A stretch of DNA of 64,000 nt from Setoptus koraiensis (taxonomy: Eukaryota > Animalia > Arthropoda). The stretch covers positions 19,840,001 to 19,904,000 of the forward strand of contig CM106586.1 of assembly GCA_048013815.1 (NCBI GenBank), written 5' to 3'. The notes under the pieces are model-generated. The model did no database searches and was not told the origin of the DNA. It saw only the letters and a list, made by a program, of their open reading frames with translations. A program made the translations under genes and the position numbers. Below are positions 26,589 through 38,845 of this stretch, one piece after another (within the stretch, counting starts at the first letter, position 1; every line of letters starts with the position of its first letter).

Positions 26589-29500
26589 ATGACAGCCATC
26601 GTCGATATTGATCCAGCAGACAATGACACAAATATGACAGGCGAATTGGGAGTCAAGTCGAAGTCGGCAAGCCGAGCGAGCCGAGACAGTCAAGCCCGAG
26701 ACAGTCGGCCGTCGATGGCGGCGCCGATTTGCGCCGCCAACAACCAAATGACAGTTAACAGGGAAGACAGGCTGCCGACAATGTTGTTGCATCATCAGCA
26801 GCAGCATCGGCCGGCGCAAACCAATTCGGGCAGTTCGAGCAATTCGGGCAATTCGGGCAATTTGAGCAGTTTGAGCCCCAACGACGACGATGATATCGAG
26901 ATTCAGCGCCAGTCGCAGCCAGCCAAAAGCAAGAGCAAAACGCGCGCCACCATAGCCGACCAATTACTGGCCTCAGTCGGCTACGCCAGACACTCTAATC
27001 AGCATCATCAATCAGAGCCAATCACTAATCGTAATTCATTAATAAACAGACACACCGCAGACCATTGCGCAATCACCAGAATAGATAATTTTGTTGATGC
27101 GCCGCAAAGTAGCAGCGCCAAGTCAGCTGTTGGCTTGTTTTCGAAGGCACTAATTAGTAGAAGAAAATTGAGAGTTAACGACGACGCTGGCCGACAGCAC
27201 AAGTCGAGCTCGCAAATTGAACAAGCGCAGCGCCATTGTGACTGCGGTTGCGCAACTAAACAAACTACAAGTATAAACAATAACAGTAATTTATTATTAT
27301 ACAACAACATTCCCAGAAGTTCATCGACCAGCGCCATAGGTGGCGTTGCAAGAGCACACCAAGATCCTAGTGACGACGAAAGCCAACTACAGCAGCAACA
27401 GCAGCAACAACAAATATCGGCCAATCATCAAGAAATATCCGCCAATCAGCAGCAGCGCCAACACAAAATTAAATCACGAATCCGACAGGTGAAAAAGGCG
27501 CGCGATCGGCAACGATCGCTGTGCTCGTTGGAAACCGTTGGCACCCAGTGTCCGCCAAACCCTTTAGACAGTGGCCAATATTGTGCGGTTCCGCCGCCGG
27601 AAACGACCAATAACAAGCCCCATCATCAGTTAAAAAGCTGCCGCCAAAAAGCGCCACCAGTCGGCGGCTGCGATTGTCTAGTTGGGTACGACAACAGCAA
27701 CCGCGACAAGTGCAACTCCTCGAGAGATGTCGCTGTTGAGCACATAGACACGACAGACGACAACAATTACAATCACGACAACAACAATTATGACAACAAC
27801 GGACAAACCGCTTGCCGGCAAGCTGGCAAGCTGACATTGGCCGATGGTTACGCGAACCAGCCGGCGAGGGCAACAGCCACAACAGCGACGCCAAGAGGTC
27901 GCCTGTCGGCCTGTTGTGCAAGCGAGAATTTGCATAAGGATCACAGCAGCAACAGCAGCAACAACAACGGCAACAAAAACGGCAACAACAACGCCAACAA
28001 CAGCAGCAACAACAAACAACAACAGGCCATAGACAGCAAGATCGGGATCATTAATAACTGTTGTTGCTGCTCGGCGGGACGCGATTTAGTGGGCTCGCAA
28101 TCGCAATTGGCGCGCTCTGGCGGCGAGCTCAAGTTGTTCAAAAACAAGATAAATTGCAAGCCGAAAGTGTTCGACCTTGATTGTTGTTCTTATTGTTGTC
28201 GTCATTTCACAGCAACAGCAACAGCAACAACGGCAACAACAACGGCAACAACAACGGCAACGGCCACGACAAGCACGAATGTGGTTTCAATTAAACAACA
28301 ACAACAGCAGTCTATTAGCGGCAGTTGTGGTGTGATAGATGGCGATAGTGGCGTGGCTTGCGAGCATTTATTGTTATTATCAAACTGTAATAAACAAAAC
28401 CGATCATCATCATTAGCTGCAACTGCAGCAGCGCCGCTGGCGGGCGCCGAAAGAAGCAGACACAAATCGAGCCACACAATTGGCAAGCCAGCTTGCCATT
28501 GCGCGCCCATAAGCACCGCCAACACCAACAACAGCAACAGCAACCACAACAGCAGCAACAACAACAACAACAACAATAGCAACAGCGACAGTCATAGATC
28601 AAATTGGTTGTTAACAACGAGACAGCCGGCACAGATTGCGGCGAGCAGGCAGCAAAAGTACGTGAAGCAGCCCGTCATCAGGCTGCCCGGCGAGTGCAAT
28701 CAGTGCCAGCGGCTCGCCAACAATAGTCACCCGGCTAGTCATGCAAATGCAATGAGCGAGACACAAGAAACGAAGAGTCACTACCGACACGACAAGTCAC
28801 AGCCGACATTGAGTTTCAATTTACAGTCGGGCGCAACGGGCGCGTCGGCCAACACCAGCTCGAGCGATAATTTATGCAAATCGTCCAACAACAACAACAG
28901 CAACAACAACAGCAACAACAACAGCTACAACAGCAACACCGTGTGCTGCCCTGTTCATATTGGCGAGCCAGATATGAGCAGGCACGCCGACGACAACGAC
29001 AACAACTCAATCAAGAACTCATTACATCACGATCACACGATCAACAGTCAGCATCAATATAGTTATCATAGGCGTTTGCATCACCGCCAACGAGACCAAA
29101 ATGGCACGCCAACGACAACAGGTGACGCCACCCACGACACCGGCATTGATATTGATACCGATATTGATGGCAATGAGGTCGGCAGCAACACGACAGCAAC
29201 GACAACAGCGACACCAACAACAACAGCAGCAACAACAACCGACAACCACAAACAACAGAGAAGGGCCAAAACGAGCAAAATATTGCGAGAAGATGAAGAC
29301 GAAGAAGAAGAAAATAACAAAATATCTGCCAACAACAATGTGCACCAACAGCAACAAGATGGCGCCCCCTACGACGAATCGTCCAGCTCGCTGTCGTTGT
29401 CGTTGTGCTCGCTGAACAGTGTGGCCAGTAGCGCTGGCTTACAGTATCCGAGCACAATGGCGCCGGGCGCCAATCGGCCAGCGCGTTCTAGGGGCCCGCA

Positions 29501-29648
29501 AGAGGCCGCCGATGTCGCCATGACAACAGCGTCCGCCAGAGAGCGCCAGCAGCAGCAGCAAGCAACCCCAAACAGAGAGCGCAAATCGATTGGCCAGCCG
29601 CTCGTGACAGGTGACATTGATTGCAGTGACAACTGTGCCGGTGCGTGC

Positions 29649-29682
<34 letters not shown>

Positions 29683-32600
29683 GCAACAACAACAACAACA
29701 GCAACACCGACAACAGCAGCAACAGCAACAACAGAAACAACAACAACGACGACGACGAAAATATCAACATCAGACTGCTGGCGACCAAGGCGAACAAGCA
29801 ACAACATCAAGCCAAAAAACAGATCGTCGCGCCAAGTGCAACAGCAGACGCGACAGGTGCTCACCTGTTGGAGCTGTCATCGGCCGGCGGCAACGGGCAA
29901 CAGCGCAGCGGTGACATTCATCAGCTGGAGAACAGATTGCGCCGACTGAAGAATTATTATCCGTCGCCGGTTGGCTCGTCGCCGTTCGTCGTTGCACCCA
30001 TGAAACCCTTCTCGCTCACTAGACGTCGCCAGTCGCAACGGCTGTTGCGCCGACAACCGAGAAAACCGCGACCGCCCGCGCCCGCACCGCCCGTCAACAG
30101 GCCAGCGGCCCTGAACGACGCAACCGCCGGCGCCAAAACAAGCGCCGACAAGTTGTCAGTGAGGGCCGTGGCGCGTTGCAACTGCTGCGAGCATCCGGTC
30201 AGCGGACAATCCGCCCAGGACAAACCGTCCCGAATCAATGCCGAATCAAATAATACCGACATTGCGCCAAATGCGGGCGCCGCCGCGTCGGACAAGCAGC
30301 AACAACAGCGCGACATTGTGTCCGACAACGACAGCGGTCTGACCAGCGACCAGGCCAGCAACGGGTCGTCGACGCCGCCGCAACAACTTCACCACAGCCA
30401 GCAGCTGCCATCTAGGGACGCTGGCGGCGACAACGACACCCGGCAAACCGGCCCGACACCCGAGCCAGTTGCCGAGCCTAACATGCTGAGCGACACGGAG
30501 ATGCTGCAAATTGAACTATTTCTGCGCGGCCACAAATCCACCGTTTACGTGTGCCGCTGCATGGCCAATTTGTATTTTACCCGAACGGATCTGGTGGACG
30601 GCGGGCGCTGCTCGAAGGCCATCAGCGACGAGTGGCAATTGCACAATACGGGCGTGCCCGTGCTCACATTTGACTCGGGTCTGGCGCGCAGCCGCAACAA
30701 GCGCCGGCTCAACATCAGCCTGACGGAACGCGGTTCCGGTTTTGTGCTGTGGTCGGACATTATTGACAATTTGAGCGGGTATCACGCCAGCAACGGCCAG
30801 GCAACCTTTCACACCATGTACGTGAGCAGCAATCACAGACGAATGGCGGGCTTCAGTTTCGACGACGAGCACAGCGCCCGCCAATTCCTGCACCAGGTGG
30901 AGGTGATCACCTCGAACCCGTTGAACATATCGCTGACGGGCCCCAAAATCGGCACGCTGCGCAACGCGCTCGGACACAAGCGACGCTCCGCGGCTTACAC
31001 GTTTGCCAGGCGCTTCCGGTTGCCGTTTACCGGCGGCGGGGGCGGCGGTCAGCGAGCTGCCGGCTACAAACAGCAGCCGGCCAGTGCGCAAGCAGCAGTG
31101 ATTACGCAACAGACTGTGATGATGGGCACCAAGCGCCAGGCACATTTGAATAAATTGGCGCGAAAAAACAACAACAACACTAACGAGGTGGGCGACCAAG
31201 GCGAGCTAGCCGGCGGCTCGCTGGTGGCGTCGTGTGGCGGCCATCACCAGCAATTAGTTGGCGAGGTTAGTCGAGAATCGCGAATCTGTCAGGCGACACA
31301 ACTGTACAACTGCAAGCAAGAGCAACAACAACAACAACAACAAGCAAATGGGCCAGTTCCTCAGTACACAAACAATGGCTCGACCTCGTGGCTCTCGTTC
31401 AAGCGTGCGCTATCCTTTGGCGCGCCCCACTCGCCTGGTGGCGCCACCAGCGGCTCACACTCAATGCACGATCAGGGTGACACACCGACGGACAGAGGTC
31501 TGAGACAGGAAGTGACACTTTGCAACGTGCACAATTTGCACGTTGCAAACGGCGCCGACCAAGTGAGCGCTGTGCCACGAGCGCGAAATTCCATAGCGGC
31601 CGTATCGACCACGGGGCTCAATTTGAGGCCCGTTTCCATGACAGACCAGCTACTGGAGCAGCAGCTGGCCCAGGCCAAGAGTCAGCTCGAGCTGGACAAG
31701 CAACCGGCGACGTCGTCGTCGTCGAGGCTGCTCAAAAGCCGCAACAAGCCAAAATTGCCCAAAAAATGCGACATTTCGGCGCCGTGCCAATTTCAGCACG
31801 TTACACGCGTCGATTTGGACGGCCTGATGCAACTCTACTCCAAGAGCCTAGTCACGCCCGCCGGCCCCGGACCGGGCGGCAGCGCGGGCTTGCAGCAACA
31901 AAGTGATAAAAGTGGCCAGCCTATCAAGAGCCCGTCGCCCGAGCTGTTGCCGTCGCCGCCCAAACTGGCCAACAAATGTTTGGCCAATGCCACTTCCGGT
32001 AACTCTAATCAAAGCACGAGCGACACTTGCGCACCGAGCGGGTCGGACGCGAGCTCAATCAGGGCTCACGAATCGGCGCCTCACAGCGATGCCCGTCACA
32101 GCGATGCCCGTCATGGCATGATCAAATCGTCGAGCCCGCCGAGTGTCAGCTATCAACGGAGCGGCGTGCAACAACAACAACAACAACAACAGTGCTCACA
32201 CAATCTCGTGATACCGCTCTCGTCGTCGTCGGCCTCGTCGTCGCCCTCGTGCTACTCGTCGGCCTCGGCCTCACCTGTCGGCTCGGATCTCGGCATGAGC
32301 GCCACGGTGCAGTCCGCTCAACAGGTGACGGCCAGATCGACCGGCCACAATGTCGGGCTGCCGCAGCCGCAGCAACAGCCAGGCGGCCAGCAAAAACAAA
32401 ACACTCACGTCTCCAAACACAGGGGCGAACCGCCTCAAGTTCCGGTGCGAACAACGCCCCCGTTGGCGCAAAACCAAGGCACCAAGTCCGAGTGTCCGCT
32501 ACCGAACCGGTGCGCGCCGACTGGCGGCGATGCAAACCAGACGGGCGCCAGCAAGCTGGCCCAATTGCCGCTTCCGTCCGAAGTGCCGGCGGACTTGATT

Positions 32601-33557
32601 GAATTGAAGCGCAAACTAATGGCCGACATACCCGGCCAGGCGGCCGCTCGGGCCGCAAGTCGGCTCGATCGCATGGAGCGAGCGGCCAAGCAGGCGGCCA
32701 GAGATTGCCCGAAATTTGAGTTTGCGTCTAGCGGCTCAAACTCAAACTCAAACTTGAGCGGCCAGGTAGCCAGGCGGTCGTCGCTGACGTCTTCGTCGTC
32801 CTCCTCGACCTCGTTGTCGTCCTCGTCCTTCAAACCCGATCTCACTGAAAATGCCGCACTCACTTCATACGACGATTCAAACGATGATCGCGCCGAAACA
32901 ATCACAATATTGCACCAATGCGAAAAGGTGACCAAGCTCAAGAGATCATCGGTTAATTGTTGCGCCAAAGAGCACACCAGAACGAGCAACAATTTAGCGG
33001 CCGTCCAGCAATGGAGAAGAAATCAACAAACAACTAATAATAATAATAATTGCGTCACTACAGCGATTTCAAACTACGCCAAAGCGATAGAAGCAAACGC
33101 AGATAAAAACACTGACGACTCGACGGGTCCGTTTAACGGTGTGACAACACGCCAACGAAACTCAACGGGCCACTCAATGTCGTCCAAGAGTTCGGTCAGT
33201 TCGGGATATCACGAGGAAGAAATAGTGTCAGAGACGAAAAATGGCCCAAACAACCAACAAACAAATGGAAAAACAAACAACCAACAAACTAACACACAGC
33301 AGACCGATCAGCAGCGCGAAGACGCCACTAAAATTCAATTGAAGTCCACATCCGGTCGCCATCCGAACAACCAAAACAAACAGCAGCCCGTTGCGTCAGT
33401 TGTCAAATCGATATTGAAAAGCAACCAAATGACCAAGTATGAACGTAACAATAACGACGACACTCATACAGTGTCCGAAGAGATCACAAGCAATGCATTG
33501 GTTAAACAGAAACAAACAACCTTCGTGGACGACGAAGTCAGTTCATCTTATTTGTAG
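26589..33557 (+). CDS. Giant single-exon EVH1/WH1-domain + CRIB-motif protein, 2322 aa (WASP/Spred-superfamily-like; possibly MESR3-like)
   Basis: 6969-bp uninterrupted ORF. EVH1/WH1-like domain at about 30483-30930 (CRCMANLYF...WQLHNTGVPVLTFD...GFVLWSDII...FHTMYVS...MAGFSFDDEHSARQFLHQV). CRIB-like motif ISAPCQFQHVTRV at about 31773-31811. The remainder is poly-Q/N/T/S low complexity. The MESR3 similarity is from memory and was not searched. Confidence 0.85.
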
Positions 33558-34270
33558 TTATAATTATGTAATTTAGAGCTCAACAGTCAATTAAATGACA
33601 ATTTGTAACGAAACAGCGCACTGGCTGATTCGTCACAAATTGACAGTCATGCAACAAGCTTTTTCTCATTCATTTTTCGGCTCATGATCATCATTTTCAA
33701 CTATCGCGGTTAAAAATAAAAATCGCGGTCGAGAATCCGCGTCGCTCTTTGTGATTTGTTTATGGATACTGTAACTGACATTCAGTTTTGTGCAAATTCG
33801 TTGGGATACATTCCGACAACACGAAGTGGCGACTGTTTGATTTTGGAAGAAAATAGCGCCGGCTCCCTGCACTGCCACGGCCCAAAAAACAGATTCCAAC
33901 CAATTCGGACATAGTTTACCTCTGATTTGTTGTTGTCGACGAGCCGAAATTGAGTTGGGAGCTCGTAAGGGAACGGATACTGAATGGGGATTTTTTTCAG
34001 TCATGATTCAGGGAATATTTTTTAGTTTTTTCAGCTTACCTTGGTCAATTTTTGTCAAGTGGGCCCACGAAAAGTTGATGAAAAGTGGCTGCTTTTGTTT
34101 GGTCATTTGGAATTTGTCCTGCGTGAACAGAAGCCAACCTGTGATGTTGCACCGATATCGTTTGTAGTTGTTGACGTGTGGTTGGGCGATTGCCATGCCA
34201 CAATCATATGGTCGGTTTCCTTAAAACTACAAAATGCATGCTGCCACTAACGACGATAACGATGTGGAAC

Positions 34271-34407
34271 CAACCAAAACCAAACAAGTAGCTCTGGTCA
34301 GTCCTGCGAGGACAGGTGACAGGAGGTTCGGTCCTCCTCTCACCTGTTCTGTTGCTCGTTTTTCAGGAGGGACTAACCTAGGACTACTTAGGTGGTTGAG
34401 ATGGTTG
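34271..34407. other. Rod-like imperfect inverted repeat (~137 nt), candidate structured RNA
   Basis: Nested stems: caacca/tggttg, aagtag/ctactt, ggtcagtcc/ggactaacc, cgag/ctcg, acaggtga/tcacctgt, aggagg/cctcct; loop ttcggt at 34327-34332. Confidence 0.55.
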
Positions 34408-36976
34408 CTGGCAGATGGTTGTGAGATGGTTGTGAGATTGACCACTGATAATAATTATGCGAATGCAGTACAAAACATTTGGTGTGGTCGGCCGCTGATA
34501 TAGATCATCGATTTGTGACTGCATTTGATCATCTTGATTAACTAGTTGTTATTACAGTAAAAATAATCAATTACGGTCACAAACCAATGAATCTTGGAGA
34601 CGCTGTTTGTTGTGCAAATCGTGCTTATCACTCTTTTATCGCATCATGTGTGATACAATAAAGGGATTACGTGTTTGTTGGCAGACTTTGTACGAGAAGA
34701 ATATTTCTCTGTTTTTTCAAGTTATATCCGGTGTGACAGGATGAACGACAAATGAATTTCGAGTTGCATTTTCTGACTGCGATTGTGGCGACTAAATTGA
34801 ACATACCTGTAAATTGCACCGTATACCGTACATTGCGTACATTGGGCCGGACTGCTTTTCGGGGGCGACCGGTGTCGAGCTCGACCGACTCCACATCTAC
34901 TGGCAATGTTTGCCACTGTCTGCAAATTATCAGTTGCATTAGTTATTTTAGTGTTGCTCGCTGTCGCTGTTCCTAATGCGACATACATGCGACGACCGGG
35001 CGATAATTGTCGAAATATCCTCGTTGCTTGCTTGCTTGCTATGGCTGAATTGCTGTTACATTTGACGATCTAGATTCACTCGAAATTGCTTGTGTGAGCA
35101 CACTCGTTCTGGCAAAAATTCTCTCAAACAGATACAATTTTTCGTTGAATTTTTCACAAGCTAAATTTATCTCCGCACCAGAATAGCCTGACACGTGTAT
35201 TCGACATGGATGGTGGAAATTGTCAATTGTGCTCTCGAATGCTCGATGCATTAATATTAACATGAAACAACATGAAACATTTTTTCTTGCACTCGCCGGC
35301 ACGACACACAATACACACTGGTGATATATGGCCGACTTGTTGCTACAGATCTAGCACGATCTAGTAACGTTATGTATCATCGCTTTTCGGTTGATCGACC
35401 GTGCTAAAAATATGACAGTTTATAGGTGTAGTGTGCGCCACTGCATTTATAGACCATTTGCAGACTGCTTTGCAAAACTTTGCACAAATTCAACAAATTC
35501 AATGAGCGACACGAGGCTCCCAAAAAAAGAAAAAGCAATAATTCATTCAATTGTTCAGCCAGCCATAACACACTGCAAATAGATATTGCGCTAATTATCA
35601 TTGGCTGCCAGTTTTGTCTTTCTGGCCGCTGCCTGACGCTGTTCAACAAATAATGCTCAACTGAACATTTCATTTGATAAATTGCAACTCGACAATAACA
35701 CACTCGATCATAATAGCTGGTTCCGTTGTCTATCTATCTGACACAAATAATTATTTTGTTTATATTTGACTAGTTGATGCCGATGATGAATAGATCATCG
35801 TTCCAGCGTGTTTGAAACGTTATTTAGATCACACCATCGGCTCAATTGAGCCAGGTGTATGTTGTAACAACAATGTTGTTGCCTTCTCGTGTTTGTGAGC
35901 CACAAACTAACGAGCAAACAAACAGTTCAAAACTCGTACATGTATACCCCCATAAATGTATCACTTATCACACCCGAGGCACGACAGGTATATAGTATTG
36001 TGATCATTTCTGCTGTCATGCCTCACAACAAAGTGACAACCTTGTTGTTGCGCTAACAAGGTAAGATGGCAAATGATTGTTCAAATGTAATTACTATCAG
36101 TATACGTTCGAAAGCGTATCGTTCATACGATGAGGAAGAGGGCGCGCAAACAACCAACAGCCAACGACAACATATACAGATAGAATCGATAAATTAATAA
36201 ATTTGCTATAATTCCGTTGATTATTTAGTTTGTAGTATCACTGTCACTGTACGCAACAATCATATTCAAATAATTGACTCGTGTCCTTTGTTTGTTCGAC
36301 CTCTGGCATCAAATAATCAATTCAAATCACCTGAAAAGGCCAGCCAGCCAGCCAGCCAGCCTCAGAGCATTGAGTCTATTTTCGTTGCTTTTTGTTTCTG
36401 CGGTCAGCCATGCCGATGCAGCACACTTTCAATTGCATCAGTGTGTGGCGCGTTAATTAAGATTAATTAGGATTACGTTGCAACGTGTATTTGCATAGAA
36501 AAATATTACAATTACCCGGTGGCGAATCTAGGCTAAAATCATTGGCAGATGAAGCTGAGAGAAATAACGGTACATGCTGCGTATAAAGCGAATACTCTCT
36601 GATTTTCGCGCCGATAAAAAGTTCAATCTGCTAAAGTGTGAAAATCTGTCGATAGACGACACCATTTGATCACGAAGGTTGTCAGGTCAAAATGTGAGTG
36701 ACTTAATTTGTGAAATTGTCTCGCACTTTAATGGTGTATTGCATAAATCAGTGTGCTCGCTTGTGGCAAGTTCGTCTGGCACAAATATTCATGGATATGA
36801 GGCTCGGATTCTCGGCCGGATGCTGATTTAACTATCAGAGGCTTGCCGGATCAAGTGTCCGAGTCATTCATTGTTGATGTGTTAGTCGTTGGTGGAGTTG
36901 CTGTTGATGGACCATTTTACTGTGCTATCCACTGACCATTTTGACGCCGATAACTGAGGTGTCCCTATCGCATTAT

Positions 36977-37486
36977 TCAGGGGCTGCTGCAAGATTGGGA
37001 GGCGGACACCGACGCGCCTTTAGAGGCGGACGCAGAGTAGGAGGCGCTGCCCTTGGCGCTTTCGGCATGGCCCCCGGAAGTGGAAGCGGCAGCGGACCCG
37101 TGGCCGCCCGACGCCGAAACGGAAGCGCCATGCTCTGCGGAAGCTCCCGCTTTTCCAGCGCCTGCTTCGGCTCCGGCAGCCGATCCTTGTGCTTTTGCTC
37201 CTCCCGCAGCTCCTGCCTCGGCTCCGGCGGCCCCTCCTCCTGCTTTCACTCCGGCTCCGGCGCTTCCTCCCCCTGCTCCTGCTTCAACTCCCGCGCCTCC
37301 GCCCCCTGCTTTTACGCCGGCTCCGACGGACGCTCCGCCGGCTCCCGCTCCCACTCCGGCGCCAGCTCCTGCCGCGGGCGGTATAAAGCAACAGTCGGAC
37401 GGGCTCAATTGAAGGCTCAGCAAGAGCATAAAAAATGAGGCCAACTGTGTGTTGCATAAGAGACTCTTCGAAGTGCACTGGAACAT
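36977..37486 (-). CDS. Secreted Gly/Ala/Ser-rich repetitive structural protein, 169 aa (fibroin/cuticle/eggshell-like)
   Basis: ATG in aacATG context; hydrophobic signal-like segment (LASFFMLLLSLQLSPSDC); GAG(V/A)(K/E)AG repeats, then alternating A-x-A-S runs; Cys near both ends; upstream TATAAAA at 37737-37743. Confidence 0.8.
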   Translation of the reverse strand: MFQCTSKSLLCNTQLASFFMLLLSLQLSPSDCCFIPPAAGAGAGVGAGAGGASVGAGVKAGGGGAGVEAGAGGGSAGAGVKAGGGAAGAEAGAAGGAKAQGSAAGAEAGAGKAGASAEHGASVSASGGHGSAAASTSGGHAESAKGSASYSASASKGASVSASQSCSSP

Positions 37487-37736
37487 GTTGTTGTGTTGGC
37501 TTGCTTGACTGAACTATCTCAAACAGTGACAGGTGATAATTAAAGATGGCGATTCCGGCGATTTGTGTGATGAATTTGAACTTGTGTTGAACGTTGCTGG
37601 CGAAACGATTTAAGTGAGCGAGAAAATTGAAAAGACGCTTCTTTTCTTTCAAATTGTTCCTTGTCGTAAGATATCGGGCATTTGTGGCGTGCTGCTTCGT
37701 CTGACAAATAAGCCAAACTGGCCCGAGTGGGCCGTT

Positions 37737-37743
37737 TTTTATA
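37737..37743 (-). promoter_or_regulatory. Candidate TATA box (TATAAAA) for the Gly/Ala-rich gene
   Basis: Minus-strand tataaaa about 250 bp upstream of the ATG at 37486; motif match only. Confidence 0.4.
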
Positions 37744-38845
37744 ATTGACTTCGCTCGGCCAGGTTCGTCGTGTCAGTGTTGTCACTCTGCTGTGTTTTCC
37801 AAGTTTTCCGAACCACGTGATATCGTCGTGTTTTTGGCAACTCCCTCGCTCCCCCGTTCTTGTGGCGACCAGCAATTTAGTTTTGCGAGTGCATAGATCA
37901 CTCACTCGTTTTATTTTTACATGCACCTAAAGACTCTCTATTGAGTGCCTAAACAAAGAACCGAAATGGGAGAATGTTGCCAGAAATCGAGCACAATTAA
38001 CTCTGAGCCAAACAATACAGATGACATTGTTGGCCATAAATCTACACTATACAAAGCACAATATGAAATAAAAGATACTTTGGCAAGTGTGTGATTCGCA
38101 AAACAAGCAGCGGTTGCGTGGACGAAGATGACAACTTTGCCCGATAATGCTATTGTTATGACAGCGATGCCACTTTTTAATGAAATCAATTACTGTCAAT
38201 CAATTACCTTTGATATAGTGTATGAATCTCATAGAGATGATCACAGCAAATCATGCAGTGGCATGGAAATTGTCCTTCGGTGATTTAGTCGGATATTGTT
38301 GCCGTTGATGCAGGGGCCGAATCAGGCTCGCTGCACGGGTACAACAAAGATTGGGTATAGCAACAAATGAAACATTTGATCGGGAGTGCTGATCGGGCTA
38401 ATAGGAAACGTCCCCCTCCCCGATTCGCTCCCTATTCCGGGCCGGCGGCGGGCAGCTAGCTGCTCGACCTATATTGGCCATCCTCCCCTGGCTCCCCCGC
38501 TTGCTCCCGCTAGTTCCGCGTGCCCGATTTTGCACACACACAAAATACCGGGTGCACAAAAAAAACAGTCATAGAATCAGATTGAAAGTAAAGGTTTCTT
38601 ACGCAAAAATTAAAGTAGAGACTGTAAATAACGGCGATTGAGTTCATGAGTGGATATGGTTGTGTGTGAATATGAACATGTGAATAGTAGTAGATTTTTT
38701 ATTATTCAGAAGCTGAAGAAACACATGTCATAATATCTGCCAGATATTATCTGGTTTCTCAAATCCAGTGAGGTGCCAACAACAGCGTCCGTTGATGGCC
38801 CAATGTCATAAGTAGTATTATGCTAGGAACTTTTACAATCATTGT

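Noticed and set aside
27008-32992. Many 60-230 aa ORFs overlapping the giant ORF
   Set aside because: Alternate-frame or antisense shadows of CAA/CAG-rich coding sequence.
34373-34380. CTAACCTA, complementary to arthropod TTAGG telomere repeats, suggesting a telomerase RNA template
   Set aside because: An 8-mer is expected about twice by chance in 128 kb of two-strand sequence, and here it lies in a paired stem rather than a single-stranded region.
33666-35311. Minus-strand ORFs (MAIAQP..., MTEKNP..., ...GYSGAEINLAC...)
   Set aside because: Trial splicing gave no recognisable protein; the GYSGAEI resemblance to AAA ATPases lacks any Walker motifs.
37053-37412. Pro/Ala-rich plus-strand ORF
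   Set aside because: Antisense shadow of the Gly/Ala gene, which has the signal peptide and TATA box.
38468-38477. CArG box CCTATATTGG
   Set aside because: Several such 10-mers are expected by chance in 64 kb, and it is not near the muscle gene.
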